The position numbers and the translations under genes were made by a program. A stretch of DNA of 56,474 bases, filler included, from Dugesia japonica (taxonomy: Eukaryota): assembly GCA_001938525.1 (NCBI GenBank). It is 5 parts of 5 records of this genome, joined end to end, with 100 filler letters (N's around TTAATTAATTAA, not from the genome) between each part and the next. Parts side by side here need not be neighbours in the genome. Positions count along the whole stretch, not along the records: positions 1 to 9,310 come from MQRL01551998.1; positions 9,411 to 21,741 come from MQRL01612637.1; 3 more parts are not named here. One strand, given 5' to 3'. Positions within the stretch are counted from its first letter, which is position 1. Each line of letters begins with the position of its first letter. The notes beneath the pieces are model-generated. The model was not told the DNA's origin and ran no database searches. It was given only the letters and a program-made list of their open reading frames with translations. This document shows, piece after piece, positions 1 through 12,856 of the stretch.

Positions 1-520
1 ATGCGAGCTTTGATGCCATCAGAGCAGTTTTATCACAAATAGATGAAAGAGGTTCAGAAAAATTCATTGCATTAGGCAATATACACTAAATGCAACAGGT
101 CAAAAGACTTTAGGGATAAGAAAAAATAAAAAATTAACGGGCTTTACAAATAAAGCAGTTGATTGGAGTTATTCATTAAAAGAGGAAAAAAATTATATGG
201 AAAAGGTAAGAGAAAAGATTTATAGGCTCATGAGGAAAAAAAAGTATTGGGGTGAATGAAGTATAAAATATGTGGGAAGAGAAGCCATGGATTTTATCTA
301 ACAGACTTCAGAATATATCCAATGTGTAGAGTTTAATGCAAACACTAGATCAAAATGTCTGTAAGATACTAGCGCACATATTAGTGTGATAACATTGGAT
401 TATTTCACGATGTTTAGAAATATGGAAGTTCAACAAAATTGGAATTAGAAACAACAAAATAATTTCTAATATGTAAAACTGGTATATACAAAATTGTAGA
501 AACCTGTGTGGGTTCTATGT
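1..520 (+). mobile_element. Scrambled Ty3/gypsy LTR-retrotransposon remnants (RNase H, gag knuckle, protease fragments)
   Basis: From nt 3: (D)ASFDAIRAVLSQIDERGSEKFIA, matching the gypsy RNase H 'TDAS..AIGAVLSQ' motif. At ~263-290: YKICGKRSH, a partial CCHC knuckle. At ~353-410: KCL*DTSAHISVITLDYF, a decayed 'LLDTGA' aspartic protease. Stops and out-of-order domains. Confidence 0.7.
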
Positions 521-574
521 AAAACCAAAATAAACTGTTTGTATATTCAAACTTGTGATATTTAATAAATTTTG

Positions 575-700
575 TATAATAATAATATTATTATTANNNN
601 NNNNNNNNNNNNNNNNNNNNNNNNNNNNNNNNNNNNNNNNNNNNNNATAATAATAATAATAATTATAATAATAATAATAATAATGATTATTATTATTATT
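575..700. repeat. (AAT/ATT)n microsatellite spanning an N gap
   Basis: Direct reading; it explains the poly-Ile ORF 572..757. Confidence 0.9.
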
Positions 701-795
701 ATTTATTTTATAGTTATAATGAAGTTTTATGATTTCAGTGCTTTATACTTAATCTAATTTTTCTTATTTTTCTATGGTTTTCTATTTCATTTTAG

Positions 796-3700
796 ATAAA
801 TATGAAAATTTTCAAAAAAATATTGAGAACGCTTTTTTCAAATCGGAATTATTACTAAAATGTAAAATTGAATTTGAAAGATTAATTAAAATCGATATAC
901 CGGAACCGAAACAAGACCCAGAGATTTCTGCTGATGATATAAGTTTAAATCTTATTTTTACTGGATCTATAAAATCAGGTAGAAGTAGCGTAATAAATAT
1001 GATATTGAACGCAAAGTAAAACAGAATAAAGTGTTGTACTTTAATTTAGTTTTTTCCCCATAGAGTAATGCCAATAAATGTTCTTGGAAGTAGCTGCTGT
1101 GTGAAAATATGTCATCCAAAGAGTTCATCAAAACAAATTTCTGTTGGAACATACGATTGGGAAGGTTGGGAAATGGATAAAGTAACAGATATTGAAATTG
1201 AAGAATTACCAAAGAGAATCGAAGATATGCAAAATAAATTACTTAGAAGTTCATTTGTAAAGGGTCGTAGATTATCAAGACGTTTACATGTAAATTTAAA
1301 ATTTTTCATATTTAATTTTTTATAAAATTAAACGTTATTTATATAGAAAAAGGTTTTAGTTAAAATTTCTTTATGAAGATTATTAAAATATCCTTTGTAA
1401 ATTTAACAATGAAATTTGTAAGTTAGCAAATTATTGAAAATGATTTAAAATAATTAGTTGATGTGATATTATCAATAATGTTTTCCAATAAAATTTTATA
1501 AATTATAAACAAGATTATTTTAATGAATTCTGAAAAACTATCAATGGTTACGTTTAACAAATATTCTCGCAATAATCGTAATTGTTAAAGTTTATTTTCA
1601 AAGATAAAGATAATATCTTAAATTAATGATAAATTTTTTTTATTATTCTAACCATTGATCTGTAAATTTAAAATATCTGAATTTTTGATTACAAAATTTT
1701 TAGAAGCAAATATCAAAATCGCTGTTCTATTTTCATAGATTGTTCAATCTTTTGGCTATGCTTTCTTCGGGAACTATTGTTTAATTCATTTTGGTTATAA
1801 TCTTTTAAATAAAAACAATTTAAATTTGATCAAAATTAATTTTCATTGGTTAGTAATTATAACATTAAATTTATTGATCAATTTTTCGAATAATAAAAAA
1901 ATATTTATTTTAATGTTTGCATCAATTAACCAAGAATATATTCAATAAATTTAATTTTATAATTATTAACCAATGAAAACGGATTTTAATCAGATTAATT
2001 TAAATCGTATTTTAATTTAAAAGTTAATAACCAAAATGAATTAAACAATAATTCCTGAAGAAGGCATGGCCTAAGTATTTAACAATCTATGAAAATAGAA
2101 AAACAGCAATTTTGATCTTTGCTTTTAAAAAATCGAAAATGAAAATATTTTATCAAAACTTCAGTTTAATGAATTTAATAATTTGAGTAATTTAAACAAA
2201 TAATAATTTTTATAATTTTTGAGTTAATCAATTTAAAATTTTTTTTTAAATTTAAAATATAAATTTGAAATAAATTCAAACGGAAAACTAAATCAATAAT
2301 CAAAATTAATTAATTTAATTTTAAATAAATTCACTACAAAGCTCATTTTAATGATTTTAAAAACCAATCTTCAATAAATTTTAAATTATGTCATTATATA
2401 AACTATAAATCTAAAATGATAAATTTATTATACATTTAAAATTTTGCCTTGAAAAATTTGATTGAAAAAAATTTTAATATTTATTTATTAATACAATTTA
2501 ATAATTTATTTACAAATTAATTTTCAAAATATTTACAAGAAAACTTCAGCCAAAATTACAAAATGTTTAATTCCGTTTTTTAAAGCAATCTCACAATTTA
2601 CTTTTATTTATTTAAAGCTAAACTGAAAATTTGTAGATAAAATACCTTCTTTCAGAAATGATCAAATATCAACTCTTCATTGAATATTGTGAGGTATTAA
2701 ACTTAAAATCAATTTAATGATGCTTAAGTAAATGTCAAACGAAATATGTATGTATGAGTTATCAAATAAAATGATTCTCTTGAACCTATTACATTATATT
2801 AGTACGCAATGATGCCTAATTTTTGAAGTGGAGTAAACAAGTGAATTCTTTTTTACTAGTCACATACATAATTAAAAGACAATGATTTTAAAATCGTGTT
2901 AGATTTGAAAGTTTCAAATTTTCTAAAAAATTATTTGAAAGATTTTTTAAAATTTTGGTACGACATTCGTTGAAAATTTACATCGAAACATGAAATTGAT
3001 GTTTGGTTTAAATGTTTTACTATATTTCAATTCGATGAATTTGAACAATTCGTATTTTTTTTATTTGATATAATAAAGATTATTTTTTATTTATAATATT
3101 TTTTAAATGTTAAATAAATTTTTAAAATATTTTACCATGATTTTATATTTTCGTCAAAAATTATTAATAAAAATAATTTTTTGAATGTCAAATTAAAAAT
3201 GGGTGTTTTATCATTTTACATTTCTACAAGTCACTTCACCAAGAAATTGGCTTTACTTACTATCAGAAACGGAACAAACTCTCAACTCAAGGACTACTTG
3301 CTAATGCAATTGCCGCATCTGACTTTAGTAATAAATTTATGAAGAACCTTAATGTGATGGAGAAGGTTGTTTTTTATTGTCAGAGCAAAGAACAACCTTC
3401 TTAGAACTAATTACAACCCACATAGACTAAAAAAGAACATGTTCAATCACTACAGGCAATGTTGAACACATGCTTAGACTCAAACTCATATATTCAATCC
3501 TTTTCCAGCCATGAAAAATCAGAAATACAATAAACACAACCAAACCCTTAAAAAACAGCATCCATCTTTAGGAAATGGGATTTTGATGTTCAATATGAAT
3601 GCTCTTCCCAAGAACTTGACACCAAACTCAGACCAAATCTTGTATGGCTAGAAGTAGAAACGCTAAGATATACATCCTGGATGTAAAAGTGCCTCATGAT

Positions 3701-4660
3701 TCTCTAAAAGGATTCAAAATAGTGAGAATAAATAACAAAAATAAATATGAACAAGTCAGAAAGGACTTAGAAGCCAAGATTACGCTTGATGTAATTGTAA
3801 TCGGTACCCTTGGATCTTGGGACCCAGCCAATCAAAAAGCTCTCAAAACAATTGGTATCAATAACGAAGAAATAAAAAATTTGTCTTGGATACTTACAGA
3901 AAAGGTCGCAGAATTTTTCTCGATTATATGATCAACAAAGCCAGATTCAATACAATAGATTGTGCTTCTCATGTGTGATGTTTGAACCAAGTTTTCTACC
4001 AAATATTTGGCTGTTTGTTGTATGTAATTGTAAAAAAGAAAGTTGAGGTAATGGAATCTTCTATGCTTATTTGACCTGTTAAGGGGATTGGTTTATCACT
4101 TGAGTGTTAAATAAAGCTTTATTTATTTATATAGATAGAAGGACCTAAGCCTAAGCAATACAAGCATGCAATCAAACTACGGATTACGAGTTACCGACTC
4201 TATTCTGAAAATCTAGAACAAATTCTTTGTGGGATGTCATTATATGTATTACCTTAGACTTAAATTAAAATTGAGATGCTTAGATGAAACTTAACAAATA
4301 TATTGTTGACATAGCAAGATACATAGTCATTTCTTCTATAAAATTACAGATAATTACTTACCGTAGTAAAAATACAGTGTTCCATGAAAAGTTTAGGATT
4401 TTTAGAGTGTTCCATTGCATGAGGAGTTTGGAAAACCCTTATTTAAAGTATATGATGAAGTTTTATACTAACCATTTTATTTATTTAATTTTAAATTACA
4501 GGTTCAGTTGCCTCATTGGTTTTTGAAAAATATTAATATTTACAAATGTTCTCCAATTGATGGAATGAATTCATTTGATGAACCTTTTGACATCATAGAA
4601 AAATCCAAAAATTCCGTTCTCGTGCATGTGATTGATGCATCAAATGGTTTAATGGAATGG
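796..4660 (+). CDS. Partial multi-exon gene for a dynamin-superfamily-like (mitofusin/DSTYK N-terminal type) P-loop protein. Exons 796-1015, 1064-1289, 4502-4660; both ends not found
   Basis: GT-AG introns 1016-1063 (48 nt, phase 2) and 1290-4501 (phase 0) join in frame to give ...LNLIFTGSIKSGRSSVINMILNAKVMPINVLGSSCCVKI...RRLHVQLPHWFLKNINIYKCSPIDG...VLVHVIDASNGLMEW. This follows the family pattern GxxxxGKSsxINxlLgxxvlP ... vxxPxxlLkxxxxlvDxPG ... vvyvida. Confidence 0.75.
1510..1592 (+). repeat. 3' fragment of the dispersed hammerhead-bearing repeat family
   Basis: ttattttaatgaattctgaaaaactatcaatggttacgtttaacaaatattctcgcaataatcgtaattgt aligns by eye with the reverse complement of 13270-13345. 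Confidence 0.8.
1697..2133. repeat. Inverted repeat, arms ~1697-1831 and ~1991-2133, each carrying a degenerate hammerhead-like motif
   Basis: The reverse complement of 1991-2133 aligns along its length with 1697-1831, e.g. ttttcatagattgtt and attgtttaattcattttggttat. The right arm has aattc-CTGAAGA-a-GGC-atg-GCC. Confidence 0.85.
3230..4120 (+). mobile_element. 3' remnant of an R2/NeSL-type non-LTR retrotransposon (restriction-like endonuclease domain)
   Basis: LDTKLRPNLV / ARSRNAKIYILDVKVPHD...NKNKYEQV...VIVIGTLGSWDPANQKALKTIGI matches the RLE pattern RPDLV..iiDVtvP..KxxKY..vvGalGsW. Frameshifted and located in the 3.2-kb intron. Confidence 0.85.
4140..4310 (+). repeat. Diverged dispersed repeat, copy 1 (copy 2 at ~45740-45920)
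   Basis: caatacaagcatgcaatcaaactacggattacgagttaccgactctattctgaaaatc vs gaatataagcatgcacttaacatacgggttacaagtcactggctccattctgaaaatc. Confidence 0.7.
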
Positions 4661-4661
4661 G

Positions 4662-4848
4662 TATTATATTATATTATATTATATTATATTATATTATATT
4701 ATATTATATTATATTATATTATATTATATTATANNNNNNNNNNNNNNNNNNNNNNNNNNNNNNNNNNNNNNNNNNNNNNNNNNATATTATATTATATTAT
4801 ATTATATTATATTATATTATATTATATTATATTATATTATATTATATT
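4662..4848. repeat. (TATTA)n pentanucleotide microsatellite starting at the intron donor
   Basis: Direct reading; it explains the ILYY repeats in the ORF track. Confidence 0.95.
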
Positions 4849-5299
4849 AATTTATTTCACTAAAAAAATTGTCTTCCGGTATTTAATGTTTTTTATTTAT
4901 ATTGTTTTCACCGTTTAAATTAACATTTGATATTATTTATATATTTTGTAATTGTTTTGTGATTTTATTTTACAGGTCATCATTTGATTTTTGATACAAT
5001 TATTTATTTTTTATTTAGTAATGTATTTTTATTATCTATTTATACTTTAATAAAAATTATACATTATACAGGGAATTCCCAAGTTTTCAAACGTTTTATA
5101 ATTAAAGGTTTTTCTTTAATATCACAAATAGAAATGTTGCCAATAAAATATATTTGTATAGGACTGTAAAATATTTATTTTCCTTGATTTAATTATTGCT
5201 ATATATAAGATTTTTAAATTGAAGGAATAGATTTTTTGAAAATGTGTTTCTCTGACCTCTCAAGAACAGGTTCTTAGTATACAGTAAGCAAAAAAACAA

Positions 5300-6010
5300 C
5301 CTTTTAAAAATGTTACTTTCAAAAATATTAAAATATATGCAAAAAAAGATAATTTAACTTTATTCTAAAATCTTTCGCCTATTCCAACGTTTTTTTGCCA
5401 ACTTATGTTTTGATTTCATATCTAATTCCAATTACTAAAATGGACTTTGTCAAAAATTCATTTAATATTTTTATAACTGATAAGATTATTTTTTTTCTTA
5501 CTATAGTTGTTTAAAAAACAGAAAACGTACAGATTAAAAGGTTTCTTGTTTCTTTGAGATAGGCATTTATACTCAGCAGCATTATTCGTGTTTTTACCAA
5601 ACTTAAGAGCAGGAAAATATTTCCTTGAGAAATTCCTTTTGTATGCTTTAAAGACGAAATAACAAGGATTTTTGTTGTATATAAACCAAATCGAATTCAG
5701 ATATTCTACATCATAAGAATTTACAATTTGTTAAAAGTCTTTATCCAAGCTTCTACTTTTGAATTTAGTAAAGTTGTTTGCGGTTAAATGTCTCATAAAA
5801 TTTGCATGTGAACTTTTTGTACTTCAAGATAAATAGTTTTATAATGTTTTTTAAGATATTTTCTAGCAGTCTTCCATAACATAAAAAGTATCTTGAATGT
5901 ATTTTTCCAATTTAAAAACTTCAGAGTCGTCAATTTTTTCTTTTAATTTTTTCAAAGAACATTTACCTTATAAAGATAGACTATATTTTCCGTACACATA
6001 AACTCAAATT
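5300..6010 (-). mobile_element. Possible highly decayed DNA-transposase remnant (Mutator-like)
   Basis: Only one motif: PALKFGKNTNNAAEYK at ~5565-5613 (-), resembling the MULE 'TNNxxE' motif. Confidence 0.25.
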
Positions 6011-6400
6011 ATCGTAAAAGAAAGTACGGCTATATTTAAATTTCTCAAAATATTTCTCAAAATTTTTAAATAAATTTAAAATTTTCATGTACTCTCAATG
6101 ATTTATGTTTATTTTCATTTTAATTGATAAATTTAAATAATCAAATATCGTGATATGACATAATTTCCCCTGATTTTATTATTTAATTGTAAATTGTAGT
6201 TTGATTAATCACATTTTTATTATTGTAAAATAAAATTTATTTGGAATCCATTTTGCGTTCAACAAAATCTCAGTAAATTTTATTTAAATCTTTTAGAATT
6301 GCAATGCCAAGTAGATCAAAAAAACAACATATTAGACATCTACTTTCATTTACTTTTAATGGAGGTTTAAAAATTGCAGAAGCGATTTGATATATATGTG

Positions 6401-9310
6401 CAGGGCTGCGCCAAGCGGAAGGGCAAAGGGTGCACGGCACCCGGGCGGTACGTCTTGGGGTGGCAGGCAAAAAATAGTTTATTGAAGAAATACTAGTTGT
6501 CCAATCTTTATTATGTCCATGATTGTTTTAACATACTGCTTATTATTTAAATAGGTAAAATTTGTAAGTATATTATATACTTATGTATGTAAATAAATAA
6601 TGCAAAAAGGACGTCATTCGTAACATTGTTAATGTTAAGATATTGCTTCGCAAGCGTTGCTCCTAAAATATAAAATAATAAACCTATTAAAACGATCGTT
6701 AATATTATTATGCGTATTTATAGCATAATATTTAATTTTATGGTCACACATATTTATAAAATATTAAACTTTATGCGTGGTAAGTTTCATTGAAATGTTT
6801 GAGTTAAAACACTTGTAATCTGTATTAATGCCCGAGTTTCTCAGCTTCTAACATAATAACTGTGACTTTTAATATTTTTTTCGGCTAACTGCATTTTTAT
6901 ATGAAACAAAATGTTATATATAGTTTATAAACCGTATTTTAAAATTAATTTATTAAATATATTTTTGTTAATATTGTTTTCTATAAGAAAATATATAAAA
7001 TTAAAATAACATTTCTCAAACAAATCGTTTGTTTTCAATATATAAGGTCAAATTAAAATTATTTTAAAAAAATTGTTAGATCTCAGAGAAAAGAAGAAAG
7101 CTATCCAATGCAGCATATAGAAAACGAAAACTTGAAAAAGAAGAAAAAATCAAGAAAGAAACCACTTCAATAGCAAATTTTCTTTTCAATCAGTTCCTTA
7201 CTCAAGCAATTCAACACCATTTGAAACTGAAGATAAATTGCCACATTTTCCATGAAAAGAATATGAAGATAAAATCAATGCGAATGGAAGAGAGCGAAGC
7301 AGTTTATCTTCTGCGCCAGAAAAAATATCTTTACAATTGGAGGTTGAGGTGACAACACAAATTCACACAACGAAAAATGGGAACCAGAATCTACCTCTAT
7401 TCAAATGAAAGTAAAGATTTATCAAATATTACTGAATTAGATTTAAATGATCCAGGCCTATGGCCTAAAATAATTGCAGACGAAATTAGAATGTCATTAA
7501 TAGAAATAGGACCAAAACAAGTGAAAAATTTTAACTTTCTGGTAAATAATAAAAGATCTTTTGAGGAGACTTATTACATAAAAACATTAAATAATGGAGA
7601 AAAAATAAATAGAGATTGGCTAGTTTTTTTCTACATCCAAAAATTCAGTATATTATTTCTATTGTAAAATATTTGGAAACATTGATAACGCCCTTAATAA
7701 TGCAAATGGGTATTGTGATTGGAAACAAAGACATGAAAAAAGTAAAGTAAATGAACAATTTTAAATCTGTGATTGATTTAAATAAATTAATTAATAAAAA
7801 TAAAACTGTTGATACGTTGAATGAAAAATTAATTACATTAGAAAAAAAGAGATTGNNNNNNNNNNNNNNNNNNNNNNNNNNNNNNNNNNNNNNNNNNGAC
7901 AAAATTTAGCATTTAGAGGAACAAATAACAAATCTTTTGACGCACAAAACGGAAATACTTTAAAATTAATGGAAACGTTTGCTCAATTTGATGGTTTCAT
8001 GGTTGAACATTTAAACTGTGTTCAAAGTAATGAGAATAAAATTCCACATTATTTAGGTGAAAAAATTCAAAATGAGTTAATATTTTCAATAGGAGGAAAA
8101 ATTAAAACAGAAATAATTACTTCACTAAAATTTTGCAAATATTATGCAATAATATTAGACTGTACTCGCGATATTAGCCACCGGGAACAAATAACTATTA
8201 TTGTGCGATTTGTGCATTTAAATAATACTAATAAAAAATTGAAATTAGAGAACATTATTTATGCTTTTGTTCTATATTAGATTTTACTGGAAAGGGAATA
8301 ACCAGATTTATAATAGACCTTTGAAATCAAGAAAATATATGCATGTACGATATGCAGGGACAAGGCTATGCTAATGGTGCTAATATGAAAGGAAAACATA
8401 ATGGTCTCCAAAGAAAATTTTAGATGTAAATCCTAGAGCTTTTTATGTGCCATGTTCTTCATAGTTTAAATTTATTAATTAATGATGCGGCAAAGGCATC
8501 TCTTGAAATTACTAACTTTTTTACTTTGATTCAAGAAATTTATGTTTTCTTTTCATCATCAACTCGTCGCTGGAAAATTTTAATGAAAGAGTATCCTTCA
8601 TTGACCTTTAACCCAGTGTCTGACACAAGATGGGAAAATAAAATCAACGCTGTAAACGTTTTAAGATATAATTTGGAATAAATTTATGATGCATTATACG
8701 CTTTATTTAATGATTTATCTTGGGATGCTAATACAAGAAATATGGCTAAATCTCTTATAAAAAAATCAAATCATACAAATTTATATGTTCCATAGTTATT
8801 TGGTATAACATATTATCCAATGTAAATATTGCAAGTAAATTTTTGCAAAAATTTGATTTAGTTATACCAACTGCAATTGAAATGCTAAAAGACCTCAAAG
8901 ATTCGTTACAAGAATATAGATAGGATGATAATTTTAAAAATATGATGAATGAAGCACAAAAGATTGCACAGGAGATTGATTGTGGAACTGAGTTCCCAGC
9001 AGTTGATATAATAAGACCTCGTAAAAAAAAGAAAATGTTTATGTATGAAAATATGGATGAAAGTTCTCAATTGCCATTAGAAAATTATAAAGTTTATTTT
9101 TTTCTCACTATTTTAGATACAGCAATATCAAAAATAGAGGAAAGATTTGAACAAATGACTGTTCATAACTAAACTTTTCATTTTCTAAATTACATTTATA
9201 CGTTGCTAGAATTGAATAGGGATACTACATTTAAATATTGTATGGATTTGCAACTTAAATTGTCCGATAATGAGCGAAATAAATCTGATATAAATGCATT
9301 AGATTTATGT
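6401..9310 (+). mobile_element. hAT DNA transposon (ZMYM1-like/DUF4371 transposase pseudogene), truncated by the scaffold gap
   Basis: GC-rich left end CAGGGCTGCGCC at 6401. Transposase fragments: NDPGLWP, NGEKINRDWL, QNLAFRG, IQNELI...YYAIILDCTRDISHREQ, GQGYANGANMKGKH, HSLNLLIND, FFSSSTRRW, SDTRWE. Many frameshifts and stops. Confidence 0.92.
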
Positions 9311-9354
9311 NNNNNNNNNNNNNNNNNNNNNNNNNNNNNNNNNNNNNNNNNNNN

Positions 9355-9366
9355 TTAATTAATTAA
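9355..9366. other. Artificial scaffolding spacer TTAATTAATTAA inside ~100-nt N gaps (also 21786-21797, 31546-31557, 47583-47594, possibly 49016-49027)
   Basis: The same 12-mer, with stops in all six frames, is centred in N runs of about 44+44. Confidence 0.9.
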
Positions 9367-9559
9367 NNNNNNNNNNNNNNNNNNNNNNNNNNNNNNNNNN
9401 NNNNNNNNNNTAAGTAAATTTATTGTAGTTTGGAGAAAAATTTTATGAATTTAAGTAAATTTCATAAGAAAAATATAAACAAAATGATCATGTTAAATAA
9501 ATATTTTATTTAAAACAATAGTAATTGTCAGAATATTATATATATACAAATAAATCTAT

Positions 9560-12490
9560 TTTATTTTCCGAGCTTTTTTTGTACTGAATTCTTCAATTGT
9601 ATCATCATGATTTATTCCTCTTGCAATTTCATTTTCGATTGACAACATTGATAATGAAGTAAACCTCTCCTGACTAATTGTTGGCCATAGATAATTTTTA
9701 TGTTTTTTAGCTTTGAAAATGATCGTTCTGCAGAAGCCACGGTAACAGGCATCGACAACAATATTTGTAGACTTGTAATTAAATTCAGATAAATTTCCGA
9801 CAAGTGGTTTTTAATAATATATTTTAATAATTCTAAAGCAGTTCTATTTTCAGGAACGATATTCATAAAAAAACTTAATTTCTTCATAAAAATCCATAGC
9901 ATCTATATCTCCTTCTATTGCTAGTTTTAAGTCCTTACAAGAATTTAAAATGTAACGGTCATCTTTCAATTTTAATTTATTTAAATCGTATAAAAACACA
10001 AAAATATTGCTATGTTTATCATAGCTGTTAGTTTTATTTGTTTTCTTCTTCATTTAAATAAACTAAAATAAGACTTTTGATTCAATACTTTCAAATTCTT
10101 CTTGCTTTTTGAATGCTTCTTCCAACATTTGCCTTTCCCAATTTATCTTTTTAAATAATAATAAACTTTAACAAATATATTCTTTTTATTATAAAANTAT
10201 TTTGCAAAAATAAAACATTCGAATTTAAAATAATTTAAAAATAAAACGATAAAATCTAATTATTAAACTTTTCACTTAATATTTAAATTAAAAAATTTTT
10301 GTAAATAAATATTTTTATAAAGCTTTACAATTAAATTTCAAACTTTCAATAAAAAATGTAAACGAATAAACATTGATTTTAATAAAACCATTATTGCATT
10401 AAATTTTAAAAATATTTACGAATTTTTAAAATTACCAAATAATAGCATTTGAATTTTTTTGAAAGCAGATACGTGCAGTATCAACAATTTTAAAAAAAAA
10501 GCTTATTCTGAAACTTTCCTTAGGATCATCAATCGGTTCATTTTTCCTTTCATACTCAAATAATTTTCTATTTCGTCTACGATGTGTTGTTTCAAATTCT
10601 GAAGATATTTTCGACTCATCTGCACTCTCTTCAGCTTTCTTTAAACATGATTCAAAACCGGATTTTCTAAAAAAATATACCAAAAGCTCTCTTAGATAAA
10701 AAACGGCTGCATCTATCTGCATTGTGAAAGTCTGTAGTATTTTGCTGACGAAATTGACTTTTGATTATAAATCATACCAAATGGTGAGGCTAACAATAAA
10801 TTCAAATTTGGTGAGTTTCTGCTCAATTGAAATTATTTCACTTTTAATTGTATTATCAGATGCTGCATTTGAAATCTCAACTAAAGCAGTTTGATGCAAT
10901 ATTGCTTTACACTTTCTGCACTACATCCAAACGTGTTTTAGATAGGAATTTTGGGGGGAAAAGTTTAAAGTATTTTTTCAATATGTCTCAGCGTGATGTT
11001 GATGCCACAAATATATTGTAGATCATTTGTAAGGTGCCAAAAAAATTTAACTGCTATGACTGAAAATTTCGCGATATCTCCNNNNNNNNNNNNNNNNNNN
11101 NNNNNNNNNNNNNNNNNNNNNNNNNNNNNNNNNNNNNNNNNNNNNNNNNNNNNNNNNACTCCTTTATGCACTCCTTTCATATTGGCCCCGTTGTCGTATT
11201 CTTGGCCTTGGCAGTCAGATAGCTTTAGACCTGTGGTATTTAAAACATCCTTTATTGTCTCAGATAAGCCCATTCTCGTAGTTTCGTACATTCTTACAAA
11301 TGCTATAACATATTCCAGAATTTTTACTTCCCTTTCTTTTATATCAACACAGCGTAAGACAACTGATAGTTGTTTCTGATGACTTATATTAGGAGTACAA
11401 TAAAGTAATATAGAATAATACTTGTAGTGCTTTATCAATTCTATTATTTTGTTTTTAACTTTATTTCCAAAAGAATTAATTAGTTCATTTTGAATTAAAT
11501 GAGACAAATAACAGTTTCTCTTTTTTGCCATTTTAAATGGTAGTACGATTAAGGTGATCTTTTAAAACCGGATCAAATCAAGCAATCAGTTCTAATAAAC
11601 CTAAATGTTGTCATTGTGCGGTGAATATAGCAAATCACTTCTTCCTCGGAGAGCTAAATATAAATTTGCTCGGATTATACATTCAAAAATCTTTTTCCAA
11701 CGAAATGTTTCAATACCAATTATCCATTCATGCTCCTAATCTATTGTATTACCAATGTTTAAATTGTATTTAGTTTGAAACCAAGTTTGTATAGATTTTA
11801 TATGACACACTGATCGCTCATGCGCTTTAAGCCTTTGACTCAAATGAATCCAATCATTAAAACCATTATTGTATAATGATACATCAGTTTCGGTATCCAT
11901 AAACAGTTTACATGGAAAACACTATACTTTGTTCATAGTTTTGGAATATATTAGACATCATCTTTTTAGAGTTTGGCCGTTTGTAATCTTTTTATTGTAA
12001 TATTTTATAGAAAAAGATCTTTTATTTTTTTCTATGGGAAAATCGAAATTATTAATTTGAACAGGATTATGCCGAATTGAAGAAATTCTGATATGTTTCG
12101 ATATTTTACTTGGCCATGTACCAGGATATTCAAAATCTAATAGATTAATTTCTTTTGTGGTTTCAATATCGGATTTTTAATTCAAAATCATTACAAGGTT
12201 TTATTCTTGTGGATCCCTTTCAAAAATAATATTATTACTTGCCTCATTATTATTTTATTTATCACCAACACTATCAGTATCTGTATCTTTAACTTCCATA
12301 TTGCGACTGTGAGTTTCTACTTCTACAGTACTACTATGAGCCAATGCAGTATTACACACGTTGACGACATATTTTAACATACTATTACTCTGTTTTTTCT
12401 CCAGTAATTCACGCTTTAATTTGTTCATAAGTTTTATACTGCCACTTAAATATTTTCTTTCTCGATCTCGATCTCTTCCCTTTTTGCCAA
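9560..12490 (-). mobile_element. Second hAT transposase pseudogene (ZMYM1-like), with an AT-rich interruption at ~10030-10430
   Basis: YLSHLIQNELI...YYSILLYCTPNISHQKQLS...GQEYDNGANMKGVHKG; RRNRKLFEYE...ESFRISFF; C-terminal dimerisation motif ILLSMPVTVASAERSFSKLKNIK. Confidence 0.92.
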
Positions 12491-12670
12491 CTTAAATGTA
12501 TACAATATATAAATATAGACAAATATGCTATTTATACCAAATTACCTATTTACCAATACGAATTATAATATATATTATATTATAAACACAAACACTAGAA
12601 ATTAATTATTTTTATACAAATTTAGCAAGTTCAATTTAAATTAAAAAAATTTAAATACAGGACATCAATC

Positions 12671-12856
12671 AATAATATTTGCGAAAATACTTTAAATTTA
12701 TTTATTCCTTGAAATTCATTATTTTTGTTGTTTTAAATTGGTTTACAATTGACCTTCAAGTTTCAAGTTTGAGAAAGTGGATCATGAAAAATTTTTTTAA
12801 ACTAATTATTAATTGTTTGATATTTTAAAATTAGGGATCTTTACAAAAATGACCCA
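12671..12856 (+). repeat. Direct repeat, 'empty' copy of the segment repeated at 13663-13983
   Basis: 12681-12742 matches 13673-13734 and 12760-12856 matches 13885-13983. The second copy carries a ~150-nt insert. Confidence 0.85.

Noticed and set aside
572-757. Low-complexity ORFs (poly-I, ILYY, poly-Y/H; also 4657-4863, 28580-28900, and the tail of 48699-49019)
   Set aside because: They are translations of microsatellites and N runs.
9311-9410. Recurring TTAATTAATTAA motif as a biological signal, and the two hAT elements as one inverted composite
   Set aside because: The 12-mer is centred in fixed-length N gaps and is a scaffolding spacer. Adjacency across it is unverified, and the two transposases are distinct diverged copies.
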